From: Actinomycetota bacterium
GTDB lineage: Bacteria; Actinomycetota; UBA4738; HRBIN12
NCBI GenBank assembly: GCA_040880745.1
Contig: JBBDHX010000036.1
Span: 8,783 to 72,782 of the forward strand
DNA length: 64,000 bases
Reading direction: 5' to 3'
Shown: positions 40,136 through 48,706 of the stretch, piece after piece
Position numbering within the stretch: the first letter of the stretch is position 1
Layout: the number at the start of each line of letters is the position of its first letter
The notes under the pieces: model-generated
Databases searched by the model: none
What the model saw: only the letters and a program-made list of their open reading frames with translations
Told to the model about the DNA's origin: nothing
Program-made: the position numbers and the translations under genes

Positions 40136-41086
40136 ATGCACGTTGCTCGCACGTTCCTTGGAGAGGTTGTGCTAGCCCTGGGCACAAGCCTTGTGTTCCT
40201 TCAGGTTGAGAGCCACCGGGCGCGAGTCTGGGTTCTCTCGGTAGGCATCGGGCTTGCGCTCCTACTCCTCGTAGGGTCGTTCATCTACGAGCGGGGTAAG
40301 GCCGCTCGGTCGGCGAAGCCCAGCCTGGAGGCGAGGATCCTTGCCCTGGTCAAGACCGAGGCACGCTCGCTGGACCAGCTTGGGGTGATGACTGGTGCAG
40401 CCAAGGACTTGGTGCGCGCGGCAACCGCTGATCTTGCGAAGACCGGCACGATTGAGATCCGAGGCGGAGGCATGGTTGTGGCCGTCGGCCGCGCCGAAGA
40501 ACGTGACACAGCCATGCCTATTACGCCCGTAGGTGGCCGAGTCACGCGCCGGGAGCAAATCTTCGATGAGATAGGACGCTTGGCTGGCGAGGAGACGGTC
40601 ACGGAGCGTCGGGATGCGAAGCCCATGCCAGAGACCGTCGCCGCCACGGCTGCTGTGCCAACCCCTACGGTGATAGGTGCATCCGCACTTGAGACTCCCC
40701 CAACCCTTCCTGACGCTGCAATGGTGCAGGGTCCCCGCTCAGGGTGGAAGGCATGGTCTGAGGTTGATCTACAACAGGGCCATGGCGTCGTCTTGGTTGT
40801 CGAGTCAGCCGGGGAGGAAGCTAGGGGGTTCCGATGCCGTGTGATCGGCCCAGACGGAGGATCGGTGGACTACGAGCAGGTCCCTGCGAAGGCACGGATG
40901 ACGAGTCTTCGCGTCCATTACCCAAAGGCGTTTCCCCGAGCGCTGCATCAGGTTCGAGGCGTTAGCAAGTTCCAGTTCATGTGGCTGGGCCACGCCGCGG
41001 ATGAGGGAGACGAGACGCTTCTAGCAGGCAACACGTTCAAGGTGAACGAGATGGGGCAGTACTTTGCCAGAGGTGCCCCGGAATGA
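40136..41086 (+). CDS. Hypothetical membrane protein with possible wHTH-like segment (316 aa), island B
   Basis: Two N-terminal TM helices are present. The segment LEARILALVKTEARSLDQLGVMTGAAKDLVRAATADLAKTGTIEI looks winged-helix-like. The C-terminal domain is unknown. Confidence 0.55.
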   Translation: MHVARTFLGEVVLALGTSLVFLQVESHRARVWVLSVGIGLALLLLVGSFIYERGKAARSAKPSLEARILALVKTEARSLDQLGVMTGAAKDLVRAATADLAKTGTIEIRGGGMVVAVGRAEERDTAMPITPVGGRVTRREQIFDEIGRLAGEETVTERRDAKPMPETVAATAAVPTPTVIGASALETPPTLPDAAMVQGPRSGWKAWSEVDLQQGHGVVLVVESAGEEARGFRCRVIGPDGGSVDYEQVPAKARMTSLRVHYPKAFPRALHQVRGVSKFQFMWLGHAADEGDETLLAGNTFKVNEMGQYFARGAPE

Positions 41087-41187
41087 GGCAGGCCCAAGCA
41101 GCCAGTGATCACCCCTTGACTTCCATGGTGTCGTGTTACCGATGGAATGGTGGATCGTGGACTTCGAGACTAGGCAGGCGTGGTACG

Positions 41188-41463
41188 TCAGAGAGGGGGA
41201 AGCCCCTCAACGTATCTCGTCAGATTGTCCGCCAGCGTCTTCACGTCCTGTCGGCGAAGATGTACGACAAGCGACAGAACCTGCTCGGCCCCCTTCGTGG
41301 CGATCGCCTCTACGGTGGGTTCGTCGGTGACGAATCCGAGGAACGTGGCGTCGTCTGCGGGGGAGTAGGCGAATACGCTCTGTGTGGCCCACGGAACGTT
41401 GTCCGCGATACCAGCGGGCACGCGATACCGGTGGCCCTCGATGTTCATGATCATGTCTTCCAT
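41188..41463 (-). CDS. Hypothetical 91-aa protein, tightly coupled downstream of the IS1595-type transposase
   Basis: The ATG lies 9 nt after the transposase stop on the same strand. No family was recognised. Confidence 0.5.
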   Translation of the reverse strand: MEDMIMNIEGHRYRVPAGIADNVPWATQSVFAYSPADDATFLGFVTDEPTVEAIATKGAEQVLSLVVHLRRQDVKTLADNLTRYVEGLPPL

Positions 41464-41472
41464 TTGGTTCCC

Positions 41473-42414
41473 TCAGTCGGCCGTGAGGTCGTCGTAGGTC
41501 AGCGGGTCGCCCGTCAGCATCGCGACCAGCGTGTCCCTGAACAGGTACGGGTTCTCCCGGTTGTTGAACCGGAAGCTGATCTCGTCCAGGTAGGACGCCA
41601 GGTGCTTGGCCGAGAGCTGGTGGAACGATCCGATGATGGAACGGTCCAGCAGGCTCCACACGCTCTCGATGCTCTGCGTCGATACGTCACCGCGGACCCA
41701 TTCCTCGCGGCTGTGGCTGACCGTTTCATGCCGCGTAGTTTCGGTCTCGATCCCGTCATAGTCGCGGTGCGTGTCGGTGTAGATCGCTTCCGCATCCTCG
41801 GCAACCACTTGCTTGACGAAGCGATGCAGCTCTTCGTGATCGGCGCGAGCCTTGCCCGACACCTGGAACACCACAGACCCATCGCGCTCGATCGCGCCGA
41901 GCACCATCGTCTTCTCGCGCCAAGCGTTCGGACCACGGCGCTTCCCACCGAGGTAGGTCTCATCGACCTCCACCGTGCCCGAGAGCTTCCCTGCGGCGAT
42001 CGCGCCCATGGCCCAACGGATCCGGTGACACAGGTACCAAGCGGTCTGGTAGCTGACGCCGAGGGTCCGCTTGATCTGGTTGGCGCTCATGCCCTTCTTG
42101 GATTCAGTGATGAGGTAGGTGGCGAGGAACCATTTCCACAGCGGCAGGTGGGAGTCATGGAACACGGTCCCGGACTTGACCGAGAAGCGGTTGCGGCACC
42201 CGTTGCAGTCGTACTGGTTGCGCGTGGTGATCCGGGAGATGGACTGAGAACCGCATTGAGGGCAGCGGACCCCATCGGGCCACCGGAGCGTTTCGAGGTA
42301 GGACCGGCAACGATCCTCGGAGCCGAACCGCTCGATGAGCTTGACCAGGTTCATGTCCTGCCGCTCGCGGTTGACCTTGGTGTTGTGCGCCTTGCTGGTA
42401 TCGGTTGCGGCCAT
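41473..42414 (-). mobile_element. IS1595-family transposase gene (zinc-ribbon plus ISXO2-like DDE domain)
   Basis: The N-terminus reads CRSYLETLRWPDGVRCPQCGS...YDCNGCRNRFSVKSGTVFHDSHLPLWKWF, and VEVDETYLGGKRRG follows. Terminal inverted repeats could not be located by eye. Confidence 0.8.
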
Positions 42415-42427
42415 GGAGGTCTCCTAG

Positions 42428-42568
42428 ATGCCTAGACCCAAGAAGAAGGACCCGAAGGAATGGACGACGGATGAAGCCATGGAGCGCCTGTTCCCGAAGA
42501 AGGTTCGGGACAAGGCCAAGGAAGTGGCCGAGGAAGCACCGAAACCCCAGGTCAAGCGGCCGAAGTAG
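42428..42568 (+). CDS. Small lysine-rich basic ORF (46 aa), divergent from the transposase
   Basis: My own translation is MPRPKKKDPKEWTTDEAMERLFPKKVRDKAKEVAEEAPKPQVKRPK. GGAGG lies 8 nt upstream. It is below the size cutoff of the ORF track. Confidence 0.35.
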   Translation: MPRPKKKDPKEWTTDEAMERLFPKKVRDKAKEVAEEAPKPQVKRPK

Positions 42569-42760
42569 GTCTTACCCAGGACTTTATAGGAGTCTGGACC
42601 GTGCGTCAAGTAGATAAGCCCCGGAATGGCTCACAGTAGCGTCCGCCGAAGTGGTGTACGAACGACGATCTGAAAACGCGCGACGCATCGCCTGAGGGCC
42701 TCGACGGCTCGTCCGTTACACCAGCGGCGCGCCCGCCAAGCCATGAAGATGCCGCTGGCT

Positions 42761-43117
42761 TCAGTCGCGATCAATGAGTTCACGCATGATCGCGATCTTC
42801 CGATCCAACTGGGCAGCGATCTGGGGTGTCAGGGGGTCGGGCGCAAAACGTGTGGCGAGCATCATGCGGGCAAGATCGTGAGTTTGAAGCAGTCGCCGGA
42901 TTGCGTCCTTGTCTCCATCGCATCCGAGGTCGTCACGGAGTTCGTCGTCGCTTCGAAGTTCTCCTTCGCGGACCTGCTGTGCCGCGACGGACACCATCAT
43001 CTGTGCCGTCGTTTCCTCGCCTGAGGCAATGATGGGTGTGACTTCGGCCTTCAGTCGCTCGATCTTCTCCTGTTGCTTCCGCGCCCGTCGTCGCTCGAAA
43101 TAGCCCATCGCGACCAT
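42761..43117 (-). CDS. Hypothetical helical protein (about 118 aa), island B
   Basis: The start was trimmed to MVAMGYFERRRARKQQEKIERLKAEV. The sequence is charged and looks coiled-coil-like. No family was recognised. Confidence 0.45.
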   Translation of the reverse strand: MVAMGYFERRRARKQQEKIERLKAEVTPIIASGEETTAQMMVSVAAQQVREGELRSDDELRDDLGCDGDKDAIRRLLQTHDLARMMLATRFAPDPLTPQIAAQLDRKIAIMRELIDRD

Positions 43118-43244
43118 CCTCGCCCAGTCGTCCTGAAGCCGCAACAAGGACCACGGTGCGGAGACGAAGGGGTGACGATGAAGGGTTGTGGCGAGCCGGT
43201 AGGGTTCAGAAGAGAGGGGCGCTTCTTGGAAGGGGAACGGACCA

Positions 43245-43577
43245 ATGGCTGAGCAACTCACGGGACCGGACTATCTGATGGTTGCGGCTGACATGTTGTC
43301 CGACAAGCCGTTCGCCGAGGAGTACAAATCGATGTTGTGGGATGCCTTCCCGGACGGACCAGAAGGCACCTGGACCGATGCTCAGATAATCGCGAGTGGT
43401 CCATCGTCTGAATGGGAGGCAACTGCTGGTTTGGCGATGATGATGGCGACGATGATGGCCATCGAACGGGACGACCAGGGGAGCCTCCAGGAGATTCTGG
43501 TCACGGGTTCTCGAATGGTCGGGAAGTTCGCACGCTACTTGAAGGCCCTCGGCAAGCTGCCGCCGAGCGTTCCCTGA
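43245..43577 (+). CDS. Hypothetical acidic protein (110 aa), island B
   Basis: The ORF has an ATG start and is divergent from the previous gene. No family was recognised. Confidence 0.45.
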   Translation: MAEQLTGPDYLMVAADMLSDKPFAEEYKSMLWDAFPDGPEGTWTDAQIIASGPSSEWEATAGLAMMMATMMAIERDDQGSLQEILVTGSRMVGKFARYLKALGKLPPSVP

Positions 43578-44116
43578 GTGAGGTCGCCACGAGGGTTCGG
43601 GGCCAAGGAGATAGTGGCTTCAAGCCAAGGATCTTTCGGCGCGCAATCTGGATGACGTTTGCGACTTCCGTGCGAACAGGCTCGCGCATGACCCAGCGAT
43701 GTTGAAATTTGGCGATGGGCGGGAAAGAAGTTTCTGCAGCTCGGCACCAACTTCGCTGTCGTGTATCGGCGTTGCTTTTCGTGAGCGACTTCAGCAGGCG
43801 CTCCTGGGTACGGTCGCGCATCTGTACGTTGCGCAAGGCCTGAATGACGTTACCGGCGGTGGTCGTACAGACGAACCCGGGAGGCCAGGGGGCCGGGACG
43901 TCGGCGTTGGCAAGGTTCCTACACCTCGCGCGCTGTCATGACTGATGTGAACGCAAGACGTGCCTCCTCAAGGCGACGGGCCGTCGAATGCGTCCCGCAT
44001 GCGTCCCGCGACGGACCGCAAGAAGGTGCAAGAGGATGGTCACTGCCGATCACCGAAGTGGCTGGTCAGCGGGACTTTCGGGCCGACTCGCTATGCTCCG
44101 GAAGAGGCCGGAATCA

Positions 44117-44157
44117 GACTGTCAACCCGTAGGTTGTGGGTTCGAGTCCCACCCCCG
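44117..44157 (+). repeat. Direct repeat copy 3 (degenerate tRNA-Asn 3' half); distal att-like remnant
   Basis: The sequence gactgtCaaCccgtaggttgtgggttcgagtcccacccccg differs from copy 1 at two positions and then diverges. No tRNA 5' half is present. Confidence 0.75.
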
Positions 44158-44184
44158 TGCCAGATCTTGCGAGCGAGATCCCGA

Positions 44185-44859
44185 CTACACCTTCGGTCCG
44201 AAGAGGAACGACAGCTCGAAGATGACCACGAGCCCGAGGAGGGCAACGCCGCCGATGCGCGCGACTCGCGAGCCCCGCCAGCCGTCGAGCTGCGGCGCGA
44301 GCGTGAAGCGCGCCGCCCAGATGATGCCTGTGTAGACGGCGAGGAACCAGACGAGCCCGACCCCGGCGCGCATGGTGGACAGATCGTCGAACAGGATCGT
44401 CGCGACGGCGATCACGGGGATCAACGCCACCGCGCCGAGTGCCAGCCGAACCCGGCCAGACCACTCCTCGTGCTCGATCGCGAGGGGTAGCAGCACCACG
44501 GCCGGCAGCATCGGGCCTCCCGCGGCCATCCCGAGCGGGAGCAGGGTGGCGAACGTGATGACGCGAAGGACGGTCATCCGTGGACGCCGCAGGCCTGCGT
44601 GACGGCCGAGGTAGGCGCCGGACTGCCCCAGCCCGGCGATGCCGAACCCGACGACGATGAAGAGCGTCCCGGTCCAGGTGAACTCCGGGTCGGTGGAGAT
44701 GAACCGCATCCAGACCCGAGCGAAGATGCCCCACGCGAGCCCGCCGAGGAGACCCCCCAGGAGGACAGCCGGCCACGGGAGGTGGCGCGCGGTCGCTCGC
44801 GCCGGCATCGACATCTTGCCCTCGCCGGGTGCCAACATCGATGCTCGCTCCGCCGTCAC
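44185..44859 (-). CDS. Polytopic membrane protein, hypothetical
   Basis: Six or more hydrophobic segments. High-GC codon usage resumes here. The true start may be internal (MSMPARA). Confidence 0.6.
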   Translation of the reverse strand: MTAERASMLAPGEGKMSMPARATARHLPWPAVLLGGLLGGLAWGIFARVWMRFISTDPEFTWTGTLFIVVGFGIAGLGQSGAYLGRHAGLRRPRMTVLRVITFATLLPLGMAAGGPMLPAVVLLPLAIEHEEWSGRVRLALGAVALIPVIAVATILFDDLSTMRAGVGLVWFLAVYTGIIWAARFTLAPQLDGWRGSRVARIGGVALLGLVVIFELSFLFGPKV

Positions 44860-45011
44860 GGTCCCCCCTCCCTTCCCGCGTGCGATCAGCGGCTGCCGCT
44901 CGCTCGCGCAAGTCGATCAGACAGACGTGTCGCCGGCGAGGGAGCAGACACGTCGTCAGGCGAGGGTGGCACCACCACGGATCCGACCCACACGTTGCGG
45001 GGACCTCGTGA

Positions 45012-46073
45012 TCAGCCGCTGGCGGCGAGGCGGCCGACCCACGGTGCGAGGAACGATGGGCGCGAGAGGTCGTGCGCCGGCGTGTAGAGCTCCACGCGTT
45101 GGCCCATCCGGCGCTTGAAGCCGTAGACGCCCCAGAGGCCCTCGAGTCGCTCGGGGACGCGCACCTCTTCGCCAGCGAGCGCAGCCTCACCCACCTCGTC
45201 GGGCACGCCCCAGAGGTCGAACGCGGTGCAGCCCTCCGACTCCGCCCAGCGCATCGCGTCCCACATGAGGTACTCGTTGGGGTTCAGGTCGCGCCGGAGG
45301 TTCGCGCTCGCGCCGTGGAGGTAGGCGCCGATCCGCCCGTGGATCGCCGAGACGTTCATCGCCAGATCGAGGCCATCGTGGGAGGCGATGAACAGCCGGA
45401 GGCACCCGGTGGGAGCGAGCGTCTCCCACTGCGTTCGGTAGTACGCCAGGTCGCGGACGCGGAACCCCGCGCGCTCGCCGGTGATCTGCATCATCCGGTG
45501 CATCGCCGGGAGATCTTCGATGCCGCCGAGGCGCACCTGCACACCCTGCCGCTCCGCTCGGCGGATGTTGTATCGGGCTTTCTGATGCATGCGCGCGAGG
45601 GCCTGCTCCGAGCCGTCGGCCATGTCGACGATGATGGTGGCACGCGGCTGATTCGTGCCCCGTCCTGATCGGAATCCCTCTGAGCGCATGACCGAACCCG
45701 CCGTCGAGTCAGCAGGCGAGGCGGGCTCCACGCGAAGGACGACCGCGCGGTGCTCGCGGGCGACCCGTCGCACCGCGCTCAGCAGAGGGTTGGCAACACC
45801 GGCGTCCAGCCACGCACCCACCGGCCCGCGAGGCACGTACGCGAACGCCGCCGGCCCGAGCCGCTTCACCAGGACCTGCGCTCCCGCGACGAGCGCGCCG
45901 TCGCGCTCAGCCGCGACCCGCACGACGCGCCAGCCCATCCGTTCCTTGAACGTTCCCCATCCCCAGGACTGCAGGAGCCCGAACGTGGGCTCCCGGGCCA
46001 CGAGCGCGTCCCACTCGGCGCGTCGCTCCGCGCCGAGCGTGGTGATCGCGGGTTCCCGATGCGTCGTGACCAT
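45012..46073 (-). CDS. FemAB-family peptidoglycan aminoacyltransferase (lipid II peptide-bridge formation)
   Basis: The sequences FGLLQSWGWGTFKE, HQKARYNIRRAER and YLHGASANLRRDLNPNEYLMWDAMRWA are typical of the FemX/FemAB family. Confidence 0.8.
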   Translation of the reverse strand: MVTTHREPAITTLGAERRAEWDALVAREPTFGLLQSWGWGTFKERMGWRVVRVAAERDGALVAGAQVLVKRLGPAAFAYVPRGPVGAWLDAGVANPLLSAVRRVAREHRAVVLRVEPASPADSTAGSVMRSEGFRSGRGTNQPRATIIVDMADGSEQALARMHQKARYNIRRAERQGVQVRLGGIEDLPAMHRMMQITGERAGFRVRDLAYYRTQWETLAPTGCLRLFIASHDGLDLAMNVSAIHGRIGAYLHGASANLRRDLNPNEYLMWDAMRWAESEGCTAFDLWGVPDEVGEAALAGEEVRVPERLEGLWGVYGFKRRMGQRVELYTPAHDLSRPSFLAPWVGRLAASG

Positions 46074-46076
46074 CGC

Positions 46077-47345
46077 CTACGGGGTCGCCCGTTCGGTTCG
46101 CCCTCGGCCGAACACGAGCTTCTTCGCCGCACCCGCCAGATCCCACAGGAAGGGGCCCGGGTCTCGCCAGGAGAAGAGGGCGTCGCGCTTGCGACCCCGG
46201 ATCGACCGGAGGTACCCGCGCATGGTCAGGTCCCCCTTGTGCATATGCCAGAGCGCGGACTGGAGGTCGCGCCGGAAGTAGACCCACTTCGCACCGCCGT
46301 AGGTCTGCCGCACGTTGGTGGGCGTCGGCAGCCCGAGGGCGTCGGCGTACATCGTGTAGTGCAGGTCGACACCGCCCGCCTCCGCGATCGAGGAACGGCC
46401 GGTGGGCCGCCCGACGTTCGGCTCCACGATCAAGTGCTTCCCCGTTCGTGCGTCGCGTTTCATCTCGAGGTAGGCCAGGCCGTGGAACCCGACGCTTCGG
46501 AACAGCCGGACGGCGACGTCGAGGACCTCGTCGTTGCGGCACTCCTCGCCCAGGCACGAGTCCCCGGTCTCCGGCGGCCATTGCCTGATCTTCCGCGCCA
46601 CGAACGTGGCGACGGGCTCCGACGCGACATCGAAGTACGCGTTGCACGAGAAGAGGTTCTCGCTGGGACCGTCGATCCACTCCTGCGCGATGAGCAGCTC
46701 GGCGAACGACCCGTATCGGTCGTACACGTCCAGGAACTCCTCGGGCGTTCTCAGGAGGAACGCCTTGCGTGGGACGTTCGTATCCCACATGGGCGTGGCG
46801 CTGGTGGGCGGCTTGAGTACGCATGGGAAGGCGAACGTCGCGGCGATCCTCTCAGCGTCGGCGCGCTCGTGGACGAGTTCGGTACGAGGGATCGGGAAGC
46901 CGTGCTCGAGAGCGTGGGCGTAGAAGCGGACCTTGTCCATGAGCAGGTCAACCACGTCGTGGTCGGGGAGCATCACGTGGAACCATGGCCGCAGCCGGTC
47001 TCGATGCGCCGAGATGAGGCGGACCTGCTGGTCCCCGGCCGGGAAGAGCACCGCCCGGGCGCCGAGCGTAGGGCCGAGCGCCTCGAGGGTCTGGATCAGG
47101 TCCTCGGTCGCCGTGTCGGTCTGGACGATCCGCTCCGGCAGGCGGGAGCGGCAGTACGCGTGCCGGATGTGCTTGGCCATCCCGATCACGGGGACGCCGT
47201 GCTCGGCCATGATCCGCGCGACCTGCAGACCGTTCACGTGGTCGAGACGCGCGATGACCGCGCGCGGCACCGAGTCCGGGACCGCTCGGCGGCGGACCCC
47301 CGGCATGGCAGCGTGGGAAGCGCGTGCACGATCGGCGAGCACCAT
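46077..47345 (-). CDS. ATP-grasp carboxylate-amine ligase
   Basis: The ATP-grasp core reads FPCVLKP...LIAQEWIDG...FHGLAYLEMKRD...IVEPNVGRP. The start was trimmed to ATG 47345. The gene lies 4 nt upstream of the FemAB-like gene. Confidence 0.75.
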   Translation of the reverse strand: MVLADRARASHAAMPGVRRRAVPDSVPRAVIARLDHVNGLQVARIMAEHGVPVIGMAKHIRHAYCRSRLPERIVQTDTATEDLIQTLEALGPTLGARAVLFPAGDQQVRLISAHRDRLRPWFHVMLPDHDVVDLLMDKVRFYAHALEHGFPIPRTELVHERADAERIAATFAFPCVLKPPTSATPMWDTNVPRKAFLLRTPEEFLDVYDRYGSFAELLIAQEWIDGPSENLFSCNAYFDVASEPVATFVARKIRQWPPETGDSCLGEECRNDEVLDVAVRLFRSVGFHGLAYLEMKRDARTGKHLIVEPNVGRPTGRSSIAEAGGVDLHYTMYADALGLPTPTNVRQTYGGAKWVYFRRDLQSALWHMHKGDLTMRGYLRSIRGRKRDALFSWRDPGPFLWDLAGAAKKLVFGRGRTERATP

Positions 47346-47503
47346 GCGTGTCGAGAACCCTCTCACCCTCAGAGCCTGCTGTGGTCGGCTCGAGGAGGGT
47401 ATCCGGGTGCGTCTGATGCATGAAGGTGCCCGCGACGTAGCGCTTCTACGACGAACGCGCGAGCGGCCGGGATCCGCGCCCTCATCCGTCGTATCGTCGA
47501 TCC

Positions 47504-48697
47504 GTGCGCATCGTCGCCGTCGAAAGCGATCTCCGTCGGATCCTGGGTGTGCAGGCCACCCGGGCGTTCGCCTACGGGTTCGCCACCGTGGTGCTCGGCA
47601 CGTCGCTCGCAACCGCGGGTCTGTCGGATGCGGAGGTCGGCTTCGTCTTCTCCGCGATGCTCGCAGGGATGGCCGTCTCCTCGCTCCTGGTGGGGGCGGT
47701 GGGTGACCGGATCGGCCGGCGCCGCACCTACACCGTGCTGTTGCTGGCGATGGCCGTCACGGGAACGGTGTTCGCCTCGACCTCGGTCCTCTGGCTGCTC
47801 GCGCTCGCCTCACTCACCGGCACCATGTCCACCGATGCGAACGAGTCCGGTCCGATCACCTCGCTCGAGCAGGCGATGATCGGGCAGGCGCCCGCCGGCG
47901 TCCGCGTGCACGTTTTCGGCCGCTACAACGCGATCGCCTACCTGGCGGGAGCGCTCGGGGCGCTCGCAGCGGGAGGGCCGGCGTTCGTCGGGTCAGGGCT
48001 CGCTCCATCGGATCGGCGATGGCTCATGGTTGTTCCGGTCGCTGCGTTGGTTGCCTTGGTCATGGCCCGCGGCCTGGGTCCCGATGTCGAGCACGGCGAA
48101 CAGGCGCCCGCGCGTCCGCTTCAACGCTCGCGAGGCTCCGTGACGAAACTGGCGTCGCTGTTCGCCCTCGACGCGTTCGCGGGCGGACTGGTGGTAACGA
48201 CGTTCGTCGTCTTCTGGTTGGTGCGCCGGTTCGGCGTGGGGCCGGAGGCGATCAGCGTGGTCCTGTTCGTGGGCGGTCTCTTGCAGGCGGGATCATCCAT
48301 CGTCGCGGCGCGCCTGGGTGCTCGGTTCGGGCTCCTCGCCACGATGGTGGGCACGCACCTGCCCTCGAACGTCCTGCTCATCGCGGTGCCCTTGATGCCG
48401 AACTTCCCGCTCGCCGTCACCGTCCTGTTGATCAGGTTCGCGCTTTCGCAGATGGACGTTCCCACCCGCCAGGCATACATCGCCCAGATGGTCGACCCGC
48501 GGGAGCGTACGGCCGCGGCGGCGTTCACGAACACGGCCCGCTACGTAGCCCGTCCCTTCGGGCCGGCGGTGGGAGCCGTGCTCATGACCGCGGCCGGCCT
48601 CGGAGCGCCCTTCATCGCGGCAGGGTTGCTCAAGTCTGTGTACGACCTGATCTTGTGGCGAACGTTCCGCTCCCTGCGGGTGCCCGGGGAACGGTAG
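47504..48697 (+). CDS. MFS transporter
   Basis: About twelve TM segments. The MFS loop motif is GAVGDRIGRRRTY. Confidence 0.8.
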   Translation: MRIVAVESDLRRILGVQATRAFAYGFATVVLGTSLATAGLSDAEVGFVFSAMLAGMAVSSLLVGAVGDRIGRRRTYTVLLLAMAVTGTVFASTSVLWLLALASLTGTMSTDANESGPITSLEQAMIGQAPAGVRVHVFGRYNAIAYLAGALGALAAGGPAFVGSGLAPSDRRWLMVVPVAALVALVMARGLGPDVEHGEQAPARPLQRSRGSVTKLASLFALDAFAGGLVVTTFVVFWLVRRFGVGPEAISVVLFVGGLLQAGSSIVAARLGARFGLLATMVGTHLPSNVLLIAVPLMPNFPLAVTVLLIRFALSQMDVPTRQAYIAQMVDPRERTAAAAFTNTARYVARPFGPAVGAVLMTAAGLGAPFIAAGLLKSVYDLILWRTFRSLRVPGER

Positions 48698-48706
48698 GCT
48701 GCGGCG

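Noticed and set aside
41087-42760. Terminal inverted repeats and target-site duplication of the IS1595-type element
   Set aside because: Manual comparison of both flanks found only short chance matches (cttgac and ggaatgg). The boundaries are left undefined.
43580-43940. Decayed tyrosine recombinase gene
   Set aside because: Only vague peptide resemblance scattered over different frames, and no R..HxxR..Y catalytic pattern. It is kept as a low-interest hypothesis rather than a feature.
44088-44160. Possible tRNA-Asp (the loop would read GTC)
   Set aside because: The anticodon stem does not pair, and the required 5' acceptor strand (cacgggg) is absent. It is a degenerate copy of the tRNA-Asn 3' half.
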